From: Lentimicrobiaceae bacterium
Lineage (GTDB): Bacteria; Bacteroidota; Bacteroidia; Bacteroidales; UBA4417
Length of the DNA stretch: 64,000 nucleotides
Assembly: GCA_041660125.1 (NCBI GenBank)
Contig: JBAZWY010000003.1
Span: 164,030 to 228,029, forward strand
Direction of reading: 5' to 3'
Position 1 is the stretch's first letter, and every line of letters begins with the position of its first letter. Positions 10,487 to 19,424 of this stretch are shown piece by piece. Under the pieces are notes generated by a model. That model was not told the origin of the DNA. It saw only the letters and a list, made by a program, of their open reading frames with translations, and did not search any database. Position numbers and translations under genes: made by a program.

Positions 10487-11368
10487 ATGAGCACAAAAAC
10501 AGCAAATATAGCCATCACCGTAAGAGCCATAATTAATGCTCCGGTTCAAAAGGTCTGGGAATACTGGACCAATCCAAAACATATTATTCACTGGAACAAT
10601 GCTTCGCCCGACTGGCATACGCCACGAGCTGAAAATGATCTTCGCGTCGGCGGGAAATTCCTTTCGCGGATGGAAGCCCGCGATGGAAGCATGGGCTTCG
10701 ATTTTGAAGGAACATACACCAAAGTAAAACATCAGAAACTGATTGAGTTAACTCTCGATGATGACAGGAAAGTCCAGGTGCATTTTGATCCTGTTGGTAA
10801 TAAAACTAAGGTAACCGAAGTATTTGAAGCCGAACAGGAAAATACAGTTGAGTTGCAGGAAACAGGCTGGCAGGCGATACTTACTAATTTTAAAAAATAC
10901 GTTGAAACACCGGGTAAAAGAGAAACATTGCATTTTGAAACAAGCATAAATGCAAAAGTTGAAAAGGCTTACAGAATCATGTTTGATGATAAAAGTTGGA
11001 GGGAGTGGACGGCAGTATTTAATCCTACGTCGCATTATAAAGGCTCCTGGGAAAAAGGATCAAGAATACTATTTCTTGGCACTGATCATGACGGCAAAGT
11101 GGGCGGAATGGCAAGCCGTATTAAGGAGAACATTCCCAATAAGTTCGTAAGTATTGAGCACCTGGGAATGATTCGCGGTGATATTGAGATCAATTCCGAG
11201 ATTGAAGTTGATGACTGGTCCGGTGCTATGGAAAATTATACATTTACTGAAAATAATGGGAAAACCCTGCTATCGGTTGAATTGGAGGCCAACGAAGAAT
11301 TTTTATCCTACTTTACTGATACCTGGCCCAAAGCTTTGAATAAACTGAAAGAAATATGTGAAAGATAA
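10487..11368 (+). CDS. Tandem SRPBCC (AHSA1/START-like) domain protein
   Basis: 293 aa. There are two Aha1-like halves (VQKVWEYWTNPKHIIHWN...; VEKAYRIMFDDKSWREW...). Confidence 0.75.
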   Translation: MSTKTANIAITVRAIINAPVQKVWEYWTNPKHIIHWNNASPDWHTPRAENDLRVGGKFLSRMEARDGSMGFDFEGTYTKVKHQKLIELTLDDDRKVQVHFDPVGNKTKVTEVFEAEQENTVELQETGWQAILTNFKKYVETPGKRETLHFETSINAKVEKAYRIMFDDKSWREWTAVFNPTSHYKGSWEKGSRILFLGTDHDGKVGGMASRIKENIPNKFVSIEHLGMIRGDIEINSEIEVDDWSGAMENYTFTENNGKTLLSVELEANEEFLSYFTDTWPKALNKLKEICER

Positions 11369-11387
11369 TTAACTCCCGAAATAGGCC

Positions 11388-11935
11388 GTGATGAAGATTT
11401 TAAAACGAATCGGTATTGTTGTCCTGGTACTTATTGCATTACCATTCATAGTAGCATTGTTTATTCCCCGAAGCTATACCGTGAGTGTTACGGAAACGAT
11501 AAATAAGCCCAGGCGGGTAGTTTATGACTATGTACGCATGTTGGATAACCAAAAGAATTATAGCATTTGGGTAATGGCAGATCCTGGCCTTCATCCGGTT
11601 ATTTCAGGAACAGATGGTACGGTTGGCGCAATCCAGAGTTGGAACAGCAAAATTGACGATGTTGGCGAAGGCGAACAGGAAATTATCTCATTAACTCCCG
11701 ACCGTATGGATTTGGAAATTCGTTTTAAACGCCCATTTGCCGGAACATCGAAAGCCGCGAATATTTTTAAATCCGTTTCGAAAACCAGACCATACTGACA
11801 AGCGAGTTTTACAGTAACGATTCGTATCCTTTAAATCTGCCATCGTATATCTTTGGTAGAAAAATGATAGAGAAAGCGCAGGTGAAAAATCTTCAAAACA
11901 TCAAGCGGATTCTTGAACAACCACAAATTAAGTAA
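11388..11935 (+). pseudogene. SRPBCC-family membrane-anchored protein interrupted by a frameshift (or a sequencing error)
   Basis: The frame-0 ORF 11388..11798 ends at a TGA. A second frame, shifted by one nucleotide, continues without stops. It reads ENQTILTSEFYSNDSYPLNLPSYIFGRKMIEKAQVKNLQNIKRILEQPQIK up to the TAA at 11933-11935. This looks like the normal C-terminus of this family. Confidence 0.6.
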
Positions 11936-11976
11936 ATTTCAGAGTAAACATTTATAAACCACTTAAATCAAAAAAA

Positions 11977-12414
11977 ATGGCAAAAGTCAGCACATACCTC
12001 AATTTCCCAAACCAAACCGAGGAAGCATTTACTTTTTACAAATCGGTTTTCGGAGGTGAATTTATCGGCGGAATAGCACGTTTCAGTGATATTCCTCCTT
12101 CGGATGGAATGCCTCCCCTAGCGGAAGCAGATAAAAACCTGGTAATGCATATTGTATTGCCAATCCTTGGCGGTCACCAGTTGATGGGAACCGATGCACC
12201 TGAATCCATGGGTTTCAGGGTAAATTTCGGAAACAATGTTTACCTTAATCTCGAACCCGATACAAGGGCTGAAACCAAACGTCTGTTCGATGCGCTTTCG
12301 GCAGGCGGTAATGTTGAACAAGAGCTGCAGGAGATGTTCTGGGGCGATTATTACGGAAGTTGCAAGGATAAATTCGGAGTGCAGTGGATGTTTAACTGTG
12401 CGGAGAAAAAGTAA
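11977..12414 (+). CDS. VOC (glyoxalase/bleomycin-resistance, PhnB-like) family protein
   Basis: 145 aa. YLNFPNQTEEAFTFYKSVFGGEF ... FWGDYYGSCKDKFGVQWM is typical of PhnB-like VOC proteins. Confidence 0.78.
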   Translation: MAKVSTYLNFPNQTEEAFTFYKSVFGGEFIGGIARFSDIPPSDGMPPLAEADKNLVMHIVLPILGGHQLMGTDAPESMGFRVNFGNNVYLNLEPDTRAETKRLFDALSAGGNVEQELQEMFWGDYYGSCKDKFGVQWMFNCAEKK

Positions 12415-12440
12415 TAAATAACACATAACATCAAATGAGA

Positions 12441-12480
12441 ATGTAAAAGTTACCAGGCTTGCGCTACTTTTACATTTTGT
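12441..12480 (+). terminator. Rho-independent terminator after the VOC gene
   Basis: Stem TGTAAAAGT (12442-12450) pairs with ACTTTTACA (12466-12474). TTTTGTT follows. Confidence 0.6.
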
Positions 12481-12531
12481 TAAGTGTTTAATGTTAATGA
12501 TTCATCTCTAAAATGTTTAAAATCATAGACC

Positions 12532-13371
12532 ATGAATAATCCCATATATCCATGCCTTTGGTTTGATGGGAATGCAAAGGCAGCAGCAGAATTTTACTGT
12601 TCCGTTTTTCGAAACTCTAAAATTGTTGATGACAATCCAATGGTGGTAAATTTTGAATTGAACGGTAACCTGATAATGGCATTAAATGGCGGTCCTATGT
12701 TTAAATTCAATCCATCCATTTCAATGTTTGTTCATTGTGAATCTCATTCCGAAACCAACCTGGTTTGGGATAAACTCATTAAAGGCGGGAAGGAACTGAT
12801 GCCAATCGATAAATATCCGTGGAGCGAACGATACGGCTGGCTTGAGGATAAGTTTGGATTTACCTGGCAGATTTCCGTTGCTGCTACCGAAGAAGCTAAA
12901 TTTAAAATAACGCCTTCCATGTTATTTACAGGCAAACAGTTTGGCAGAGCCGAAGAAGCCATAACATTTTATAGCTCTGTATTTGAAAATTCGGCCACCG
13001 GTTTGCTTTTGCATTATGAGGAAAATGACCCGAACGAAGGCAAGGTATTATATTCGGAATTTAACCTGAACCACTACAGTATTATTGCGATGGATGGTCC
13101 TGGTGTTCATGAATTTACCTTTAATGAAGCCTTTTCATTCACTGTCAGCTGCCAATCGCAGGAAGAAATAGATTACTATTGGAACAAACTAACCGAAAAT
13201 GGTGGAAGCGAAGGGCAGTGTGGCTGGCTGAAAGATAAATTCGGTGTTTCATGGCAAATTGTTCCGGCTATTCTGGGAACACTTATGAGCGATCCGGTAA
13301 AATCAGAACGCGTTGTAAATGCCTTTATGCAGATGAAGAAATTTGATATTGAAAAACTGGTGAATGCGTGA
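12532..13371 (+). CDS. Two-domain VOC family protein (3-demethylubiquinone-9 3-methyltransferase-like/PhnB-like fold)
   Basis: 279 aa. CLWFDGNAKAAAEFY ... WLEDKFGFTWQI is repeated as WLKDKFGVSWQI in the second half. Confidence 0.78.
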   Translation: MNNPIYPCLWFDGNAKAAAEFYCSVFRNSKIVDDNPMVVNFELNGNLIMALNGGPMFKFNPSISMFVHCESHSETNLVWDKLIKGGKELMPIDKYPWSERYGWLEDKFGFTWQISVAATEEAKFKITPSMLFTGKQFGRAEEAITFYSSVFENSATGLLLHYEENDPNEGKVLYSEFNLNHYSIIAMDGPGVHEFTFNEAFSFTVSCQSQEEIDYYWNKLTENGGSEGQCGWLKDKFGVSWQIVPAILGTLMSDPVKSERVVNAFMQMKKFDIEKLVNA

Positions 13372-13405
13372 TCAATTTTAATAATTTCGTTCAAAATAGT
13401 ACCCA

Positions 13406-14473
13406 GTGACTCTATCGGATATATCAAACCTGCGCTTACAAAATCAGAAAATTGAAACAACAACATTCACAAAAGCTAACGAGGTAGTTAGCTGGATGGG
13501 TGCCATGCAAGCCCAGGATTTTGCCATGAGCAAATGGGCAATCGGGCAGCGGATATTAGGCGCAACCGACGAAATTATTGAAAAAGCCTTGAATGATGGT
13601 TTACTACTCCGGACTCACTTACTACGGCCAACCTGGCACCTGGTAAGCGCTGAAGATATTTACTGGATGCTTGAGTTAACTGCCCCCAGAATTAAGTCTT
13701 CGATGAAATCAAGGGATAAGGAACTCGGGCTTACGCATGAAATTCTTAACAAATCTTTTAGCCTGCTCGAAAAAGAGCTTTCGAATGGAGTCAGTCTTAG
13801 TCGCGACCAGATTATGGGAATATTAAATGCGGCAGGTATAAAAACCGACGAAAACAGGCTTTCGCATATTCTGATGAATGCTGAATTGGAGGGCATGATT
13901 TGCAGCGGGCGAAGGTCGGGGAACAAAATTACTTTTGGTTTACTTTCGGAAAGAGTTCCGAAACGGAATATTCTCAGCAAAGATGAGTCCCTGACAGAAC
14001 TTGCAAAACGATATTTTACCAGCCATGGCCCAGCCACGCTTAAGGATTTTATATGGTGGTCAGGTTTATCGGTTGCTGATGCCACAAAAGCATTATACCT
14101 GGCCGCATCTGATTTTATTTCGTTGTCTGTTGGTTCGGAGAAATACTGGCTGAAAGCTGAAGGTTCAAACTTCAAAGGGCATAGCAATTCGGTTCATTTA
14201 TTGCCTGCTTTCGACGAATTTCTGATCAGTTACCGTGACAGAAACGCTTCGCTCGAGTTGGCACATAACAGGAAAGCTATTTCAAACAATGGAATATTTT
14301 ATCCGGTTGTTGTACTGAACGGACAGGTTTCCGGCACGTGGAAAAGAACTATTCAAAAAGAGACAATGAAAATTGAGACTTACTTTTTTGTGGATATTAA
14401 AAAGCAACACACTGATCTGCTTAAAAAAGAGAAAGAAGTTTATTCCCGGTTTTTGAACCGTAAATTAGTTTAG
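13406..14473 (+). CDS. Winged-helix HTH_42 family protein (AlkZ/YcaQ-like DNA glycosylase)
   Basis: 355 aa with a GTG start. The N-terminal MQAQDF contains a Q-A-Q motif. RTHLLRPTWHLV and PAFDEFLISYRDR are family-typical blocks. Confidence 0.7.
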   Translation: MTLSDISNLRLQNQKIETTTFTKANEVVSWMGAMQAQDFAMSKWAIGQRILGATDEIIEKALNDGLLLRTHLLRPTWHLVSAEDIYWMLELTAPRIKSSMKSRDKELGLTHEILNKSFSLLEKELSNGVSLSRDQIMGILNAAGIKTDENRLSHILMNAELEGMICSGRRSGNKITFGLLSERVPKRNILSKDESLTELAKRYFTSHGPATLKDFIWWSGLSVADATKALYLAASDFISLSVGSEKYWLKAEGSNFKGHSNSVHLLPAFDEFLISYRDRNASLELAHNRKAISNNGIFYPVVVLNGQVSGTWKRTIQKETMKIETYFFVDIKKQHTDLLKKEKEVYSRFLNRKLV

Positions 14474-14790
14474 CAAGGAAAACACGAATTGATGTTTCCG
14501 TTTCCCCCAATTTCATTTCTGATGTTGTGCATCAGCACTTTGTAATGAAAAGTGAGGTGTGCTGCTGCGTCAGTACACTGTTCCAGGCTTTTTTTTAGAA
14601 AACTATTAGTCTGTGGTTTAAAGTTTCTATACAGTTGTATCGGAAGCAAACACTTATTGTATCACTACCGAACACTTTTTCAAAAGTCAGTATTTTTAAA
14701 CAATTGAAAATCAGAGTGATTGTTATTTGGCACTATATTTATACCCTTTAAGCGTATGTTATAGTAGTAATAACAAAAAAATCAAACACA

Positions 14791-16044
14791 GTGGACAGAG
14801 TTATAGAAAAGAAAAAGTGGACTCCTAAAAAGATTATGACAATCGCAATTGTCGCAGCTATTGTATTATTGATAGCTGCAAGTTATTATTTTACTTCCGG
14901 CAAATCAAAACTGAATGTTGACCTGGAACGCATTACTGTTAGCGAAGTCACCAACGGCTCTTTCCAGGAATTTATTCCTGTAAACGGGGTTGTGCTCCCT
15001 ATTACCACCATTTACCTCGATGCCAGCGAAGGCGGCCGTGTGGAAGAAAAGTATGTTGAAGATGGCACAATTATGAAAAAAGGACAGCCTATCCTTCGCT
15101 TGTCGAATACCGATCTGTTGATGACCATGATGAGCCAGCAAAACACGGTTTACAATACCCTTACACAAATGCAGATCAACAACAATGCTGCTCAACAGAA
15201 CACAGTAAGCAAATTAAACCAGATGGCCGATGTACTTAGCCAGTACCGCGAGGCTGAGCGTATTTACAACCTCGACAAACACCTGTATGATGAAAAAGTA
15301 ATAGGATTGCAGGAGTTTAAAAAAGCTGAAAATGATTATTTATATTACCAGGAAAAGAAAAAACTGACACAGAAAATTCTGGAACAGGACTCTTTATCCC
15401 GTTCTCAGCAGGAAGAACAGGATAAACGTTCGTACCAGGGTTCGCAGGAAGCACTTAATATGATGCGGCAAAAGGTAAATGATCTGATCGTGCGATCGCC
15501 GATTGATGGACAGCTTACCTCGCTGGATGCAGAAATTGGGGAAAATAAAAAGCAGGGCGACCGGCTGGGACAGATTGATGTTTTGAGCGGTTTTAAAGTT
15601 CGTGTCGATATCGATGAACACTATATTTCACGAATTTATACAGGGCTGATGGGTGATTTTACTTTTGCTGATACAGTTTATAAGCTGAAAATCAATAAAG
15701 TATTTACCCAGGTTACCAATGGACGATTCCAGGTTGATATGCAGTTCGAAGGAAAAGTGCCGAAAGGGATACGCCGCGGACAAACATTGCAGATACGATT
15801 AGCTTTAAGTGATGAAAAGCAGGCTTTGCGTTTACCGCGCGGTGGTTTCTACCAGCAAACCGGGGGCAACTGGATATTTAAACTGAGCTCCGATGGCAAG
15901 ACCGCTTATAAGGCTGATATTCAGCTTGGAAACCAGAACCCTGATTTTTATGAAGTCCTTCAGGGCTTAAAACCAGGCGATAAAGTAATTACCAGCAGTT
16001 ACGAGAATTATGGGAATATGCAGGAGTTGGTGCTGAAGAAATAA
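14791..16044 (+). CDS. HlyD/MacA-type periplasmic adaptor (membrane fusion protein)
   Basis: 417 aa with a GTG start. It has an N-terminal TM, a lipoyl-like hairpin (VEDGTIMKKGQPILRL ... SPIDGQLTSL) and a coiled-coil insert. Confidence 0.85.
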   Translation: MDRVIEKKKWTPKKIMTIAIVAAIVLLIAASYYFTSGKSKLNVDLERITVSEVTNGSFQEFIPVNGVVLPITTIYLDASEGGRVEEKYVEDGTIMKKGQPILRLSNTDLLMTMMSQQNTVYNTLTQMQINNNAAQQNTVSKLNQMADVLSQYREAERIYNLDKHLYDEKVIGLQEFKKAENDYLYYQEKKKLTQKILEQDSLSRSQQEEQDKRSYQGSQEALNMMRQKVNDLIVRSPIDGQLTSLDAEIGENKKQGDRLGQIDVLSGFKVRVDIDEHYISRIYTGLMGDFTFADTVYKLKINKVFTQVTNGRFQVDMQFEGKVPKGIRRGQTLQIRLALSDEKQALRLPRGGFYQQTGGNWIFKLSSDGKTAYKADIQLGNQNPDFYEVLQGLKPGDKVITSSYENYGNMQELVLKK

Positions 16045-16046
16045 TA

Positions 16047-16107
16047 GTTCCGGGTTCCGGGTTCCAGGTTCCAGGTTCCGGGTTCCAGGTGCCAGGTTCC
16101 GGGTTCC
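16047..16107. repeat. Heptamer tandem repeat GTTCC(G/A)G, about 8.7 copies
   Basis: The repeat can be read directly in the sequence. It lies between the adaptor and ATPase genes. The track ORF 16008..16253 (-) merely translates it (EPGTWHLEPGTWNLEPGT). Confidence 0.95.
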
Positions 16108-16267
16108 ATTGCCAAATCAAAGATTTTACAGTAATCATTTAAAATATACAAAACCCTGAATAAAAGAAAAATCAATGTTAGCATCCGGCACCTCTTGTTA
16201 AAAGCCGGAAATTTCCAACTTCCAGAATTATAATTAAAAATCAAAACACTCATTAAATAACACGAAA

Positions 16268-16945
16268 ATGATAAAGATCAAAGACCTCGAAAAAATCTAC
16301 CGCACCGAAGAGGTAGAAACCATTGCATTGAACAAATTATCGATGGAGGTTAAAGAAGGCGAGTTTGTCGCCGTAATGGGTCCTTCCGGTTGCGGAAAAT
16401 CTACTCTGTTGAATATCCTGGGCCTGCTGGATGATTCCGATGGTGGCAGCTTTGTATTCAATGGGGTTGATGTGTCTCATTTCAACGAAAGAAAACGTGC
16501 TGAGATGCGGAAACACAATATAGGCTTTGTGTTTCAGAGTTTTAACCTGATAGATGAATTAACGGTATATGAAAATGTTGAACTGCCTCTTATCTATACT
16601 GGCGTTAAAACGGGCGAACGAAAAGCAATGATTGAAGCCGTGTTGGACAAAATGAAAATTATGCACCGCCGAAACCATTACCCGCAGCAGCTTTCGGGCG
16701 GACAACAGCAACGTGTGGCTGTAGCCAGGGCAGTTGTTAATAATCCTAAATTAATTCTTGCCGATGAGCCTACCGGTAATCTCGATTCTACCAATGGCAA
16801 CGAAGTAATGGAACTTTTAACTGATCTCAACGAACAAGGCACAACCATTATCATGGTAACACACAGCGAACACGATGCAAAGTTCAGTCATCGTATTATT
16901 CGAATGTTAGACGGACAAACCGTTACTGAAAATATTTTGATTTAA
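16268..16945 (+). CDS. MacB/LolD-type ABC transporter ATP-binding protein
   Basis: 225 aa. Walker [10 protein letters not shown], signature [14 protein letters not shown], Walker [13 protein letters not shown]. Confidence 0.92.
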   Translation: MIKIKDLEKIYRTEEVETIALNKLSMEVKEGEFVAVMGPSGCGKSTLLNILGLLDDSDGGSFVFNGVDVSHFNERKRAEMRKHNIGFVFQSFNLIDELTVYENVELPLIYTGVKTGERKAMIEAVLDKMKIMHRRNHYPQQLSGGQQQRVAVARAVVNNPKLILADEPTGNLDSTNGNEVMELLTDLNEQGTTIIMVTHSEHDAKFSHRIIRMLDGQTVTENILI

Positions 16946-16966
16946 TTTAAGCATTACCTCATTGTT

Positions 16967-19414
16967 ATGATTAGAAGCTATTTAAAAACCGCGTGGCGCA
17001 ACCTGATCCGCAATCCGAAAATATCAGCAATAAATATCGGAGGACTTGCCATCGGGCTTGCTTGCACTATCATATTATATCTATATGCCAGCAGCGAATT
17101 CGGATATGATGGTTATTATAAAAACGCCGATCGTATTTACCGTGCATATACCCATATCAGTCTTAACGGTGCCGAATCGAACAGCGCTAAAAGCAGTCCG
17201 CCGTTGGCAGAAACACTCAGGACACAGTTTCCTGAAGTTGAGTCGAATACTTTGGTAGGTTATGAGAATGCATACGATGTACGTTATAAAGATAAAACTT
17301 TCCGTGAATATCGTATTTATACAGCTGATTCCAATTACTTCAAAGTTTTTGATCATCCGGTTATTAAAGGAAATGCATCTGAGGCTTTATCAATGCCCAA
17401 TGAGGTGGTGATTACTGAAACAACAGCAAAAAGATATTTTGGTGATGCAGACCCGGTCGGCAAACAGCTTCTGTTAAATGACACATTAGCTTTAATGGTA
17501 ACTGCTGTTATGACCGACTTTCCGGAAAACTCACATTTCAATGCAGACATGCTCATGTCTATGAGTACCCTTAGGGGGAAAAATAATGAAAACTGGCTGG
17601 CCCTCGGTTATTCAAATTTTGTAATGCTCAAAAAAGGCACTGATGTAAAAGCGATGGAACAAAAACTAAACGTACTTGTTGATAAAAGTGCCGGACCACA
17701 AATTGAGAAACTGCTTAATGTACATTACAGTGCATTCAAATCGACCGGGAATACATTTGAAATGAAGTTGCAACCATTACGGGAAGTTTACCTTTATTCG
17801 AAAGAACGTTATGGTATTGATCCGAACACCGAATGGGGGCATAGCAGAACAGGCAACATTTTGTATGTACGTATATTTATTGCATCAGCTTTATTTGTAT
17901 TGCTGATTGCCATTTTCAACTTTATGAATATCGCTACTGCAAGAAGCGAAAAACAAGCTAAAGAAACAGGCATTCGTAAAACATTAGGATCTGCAAGGTG
18001 GCAACTCATGATCAGGTATTTCACCGAATCAATGATGACAACCGGGATTTCAGTCATAATTGCACTTTGCATTGTATATGCAACATTGCCATGGTTCAAT
18101 CAACTCATCGGGAAAACAGCAAAATTAAACTTGTTCGAAAACATCTGGTCTATTCCCATTTTGTTATTGTTCACTATGGCAGTAGGAATTTTTGCAGGAA
18201 GCTATCCGGCTATATTCCTTTCTGCTTTTCAACCGGTAGAAACCCTCAAAGGATTACGGCGAAAGAACAAAACCACTTTAAGAAGTATCCTTGTAGTTAG
18301 TCAGTTCGCCATCAGCATTGCTATGATTATTGGCATGATGGCTGTGAAAAGCCAACTTAATTATATGCAACACAAAAATCTGGGTATTAAACCGGATCAA
18401 CTTATCACTATCACCAATGGCGCAACACTTGGCAATAATTTACAGGCATTCAGACAAGAACTACTTAAAAATCCCGCAATCACATCAGTAACTAATTCTT
18501 CCCTCATATTTGCATCGGGTGTACCCGAATCGGCATACAGTTACGAAAACCAAACAAAAACTGAACCACCAATACAAGCCGCTTATCTTGATGTTGATGA
18601 ATCATTTATCAAAACATTCGGTATTGAACTGAAAGAGGGTCGTTTCTTCGATCCATCAATGCCAACTGACAGCAACACAGTAGTTATTAACGAAACAGCA
18701 GCAAAAGATTTTGCTCCCAATGTAAAATCAATAATTGGGCATAACATAACCATGCTTTCGAATCGCAAAATCCCGATGATATTCCGTGTTATCGGTGTTA
18801 CAAAAGATTTCAATTTTGAATCATTGCATCAAAAAGTAAAGCCACTGGTATTACACCTTGATAAAGTACAACAGGCTGCTTCTTACATTACCATCAAATT
18901 TTCGGGCAATAATCCGGAATCCATCCTCACATATACAGAAAGCATATGGGACAAAGTAAATTCAATTGAAAAAGCCAATTGCAGTTTTCTTAATGATACG
19001 ATAGAAAGCCTTTACAGTAGTGAAAAAAGGATAAGCACACTTTCAACTATCCTCTCAATACTCGGTATTCTGGTAGCCTGTTTAGGTCTTTTCGGACTGG
19101 CCATGTTTGTTACCGAGCAACGCAAAAAGGAAATCGGCATCAGAAAAATACTGGGAGCAGGAGTTGCAGAGGTAACAGCCACCATTTCAAAGCAATTTGT
19201 TTTATGGATTGCTATTGCCAACCTCATAGCATGGCCTGTGGCGTATTTCGTATTGCATCAATGGCTTCAGAATTTTGCTTACAATATAAAACCTGCATGG
19301 TGGATGTTCGCCGGTGCTGGATTTATAACATTATTCATTGCACTGGCTACTATCAGCATTTTGTCTGTCAAAGCGGCATTGGCCAACCCGGTAAAGAGTC
19401 TACGAACTGAATAA
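16967..19414 (+). CDS. FtsX-like ABC permease with MacB-type periplasmic domains (paralogue 1 of 3)
   Basis: 815 aa. N-terminus MIRSYLKTAWRNLIRN. Two FtsX 4-TM modules. C-terminus ANPVKSLRTE is shared with the two genes that follow. Confidence 0.9.
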   Translation: MIRSYLKTAWRNLIRNPKISAINIGGLAIGLACTIILYLYASSEFGYDGYYKNADRIYRAYTHISLNGAESNSAKSSPPLAETLRTQFPEVESNTLVGYENAYDVRYKDKTFREYRIYTADSNYFKVFDHPVIKGNASEALSMPNEVVITETTAKRYFGDADPVGKQLLLNDTLALMVTAVMTDFPENSHFNADMLMSMSTLRGKNNENWLALGYSNFVMLKKGTDVKAMEQKLNVLVDKSAGPQIEKLLNVHYSAFKSTGNTFEMKLQPLREVYLYSKERYGIDPNTEWGHSRTGNILYVRIFIASALFVLLIAIFNFMNIATARSEKQAKETGIRKTLGSARWQLMIRYFTESMMTTGISVIIALCIVYATLPWFNQLIGKTAKLNLFENIWSIPILLLFTMAVGIFAGSYPAIFLSAFQPVETLKGLRRKNKTTLRSILVVSQFAISIAMIIGMMAVKSQLNYMQHKNLGIKPDQLITITNGATLGNNLQAFRQELLKNPAITSVTNSSLIFASGVPESAYSYENQTKTEPPIQAAYLDVDESFIKTFGIELKEGRFFDPSMPTDSNTVVINETAAKDFAPNVKSIIGHNITMLSNRKIPMIFRVIGVTKDFNFESLHQKVKPLVLHLDKVQQAASYITIKFSGNNPESILTYTESIWDKVNSIEKANCSFLNDTIESLYSSEKRISTLSTILSILGILVACLGLFGLAMFVTEQRKKEIGIRKILGAGVAEVTATISKQFVLWIAIANLIAWPVAYFVLHQWLQNFAYNIKPAWWMFAGAGFITLFIALATISILSVKAALANPVKSLRTE

Positions 19415-19424
19415 AATTAAAGAT

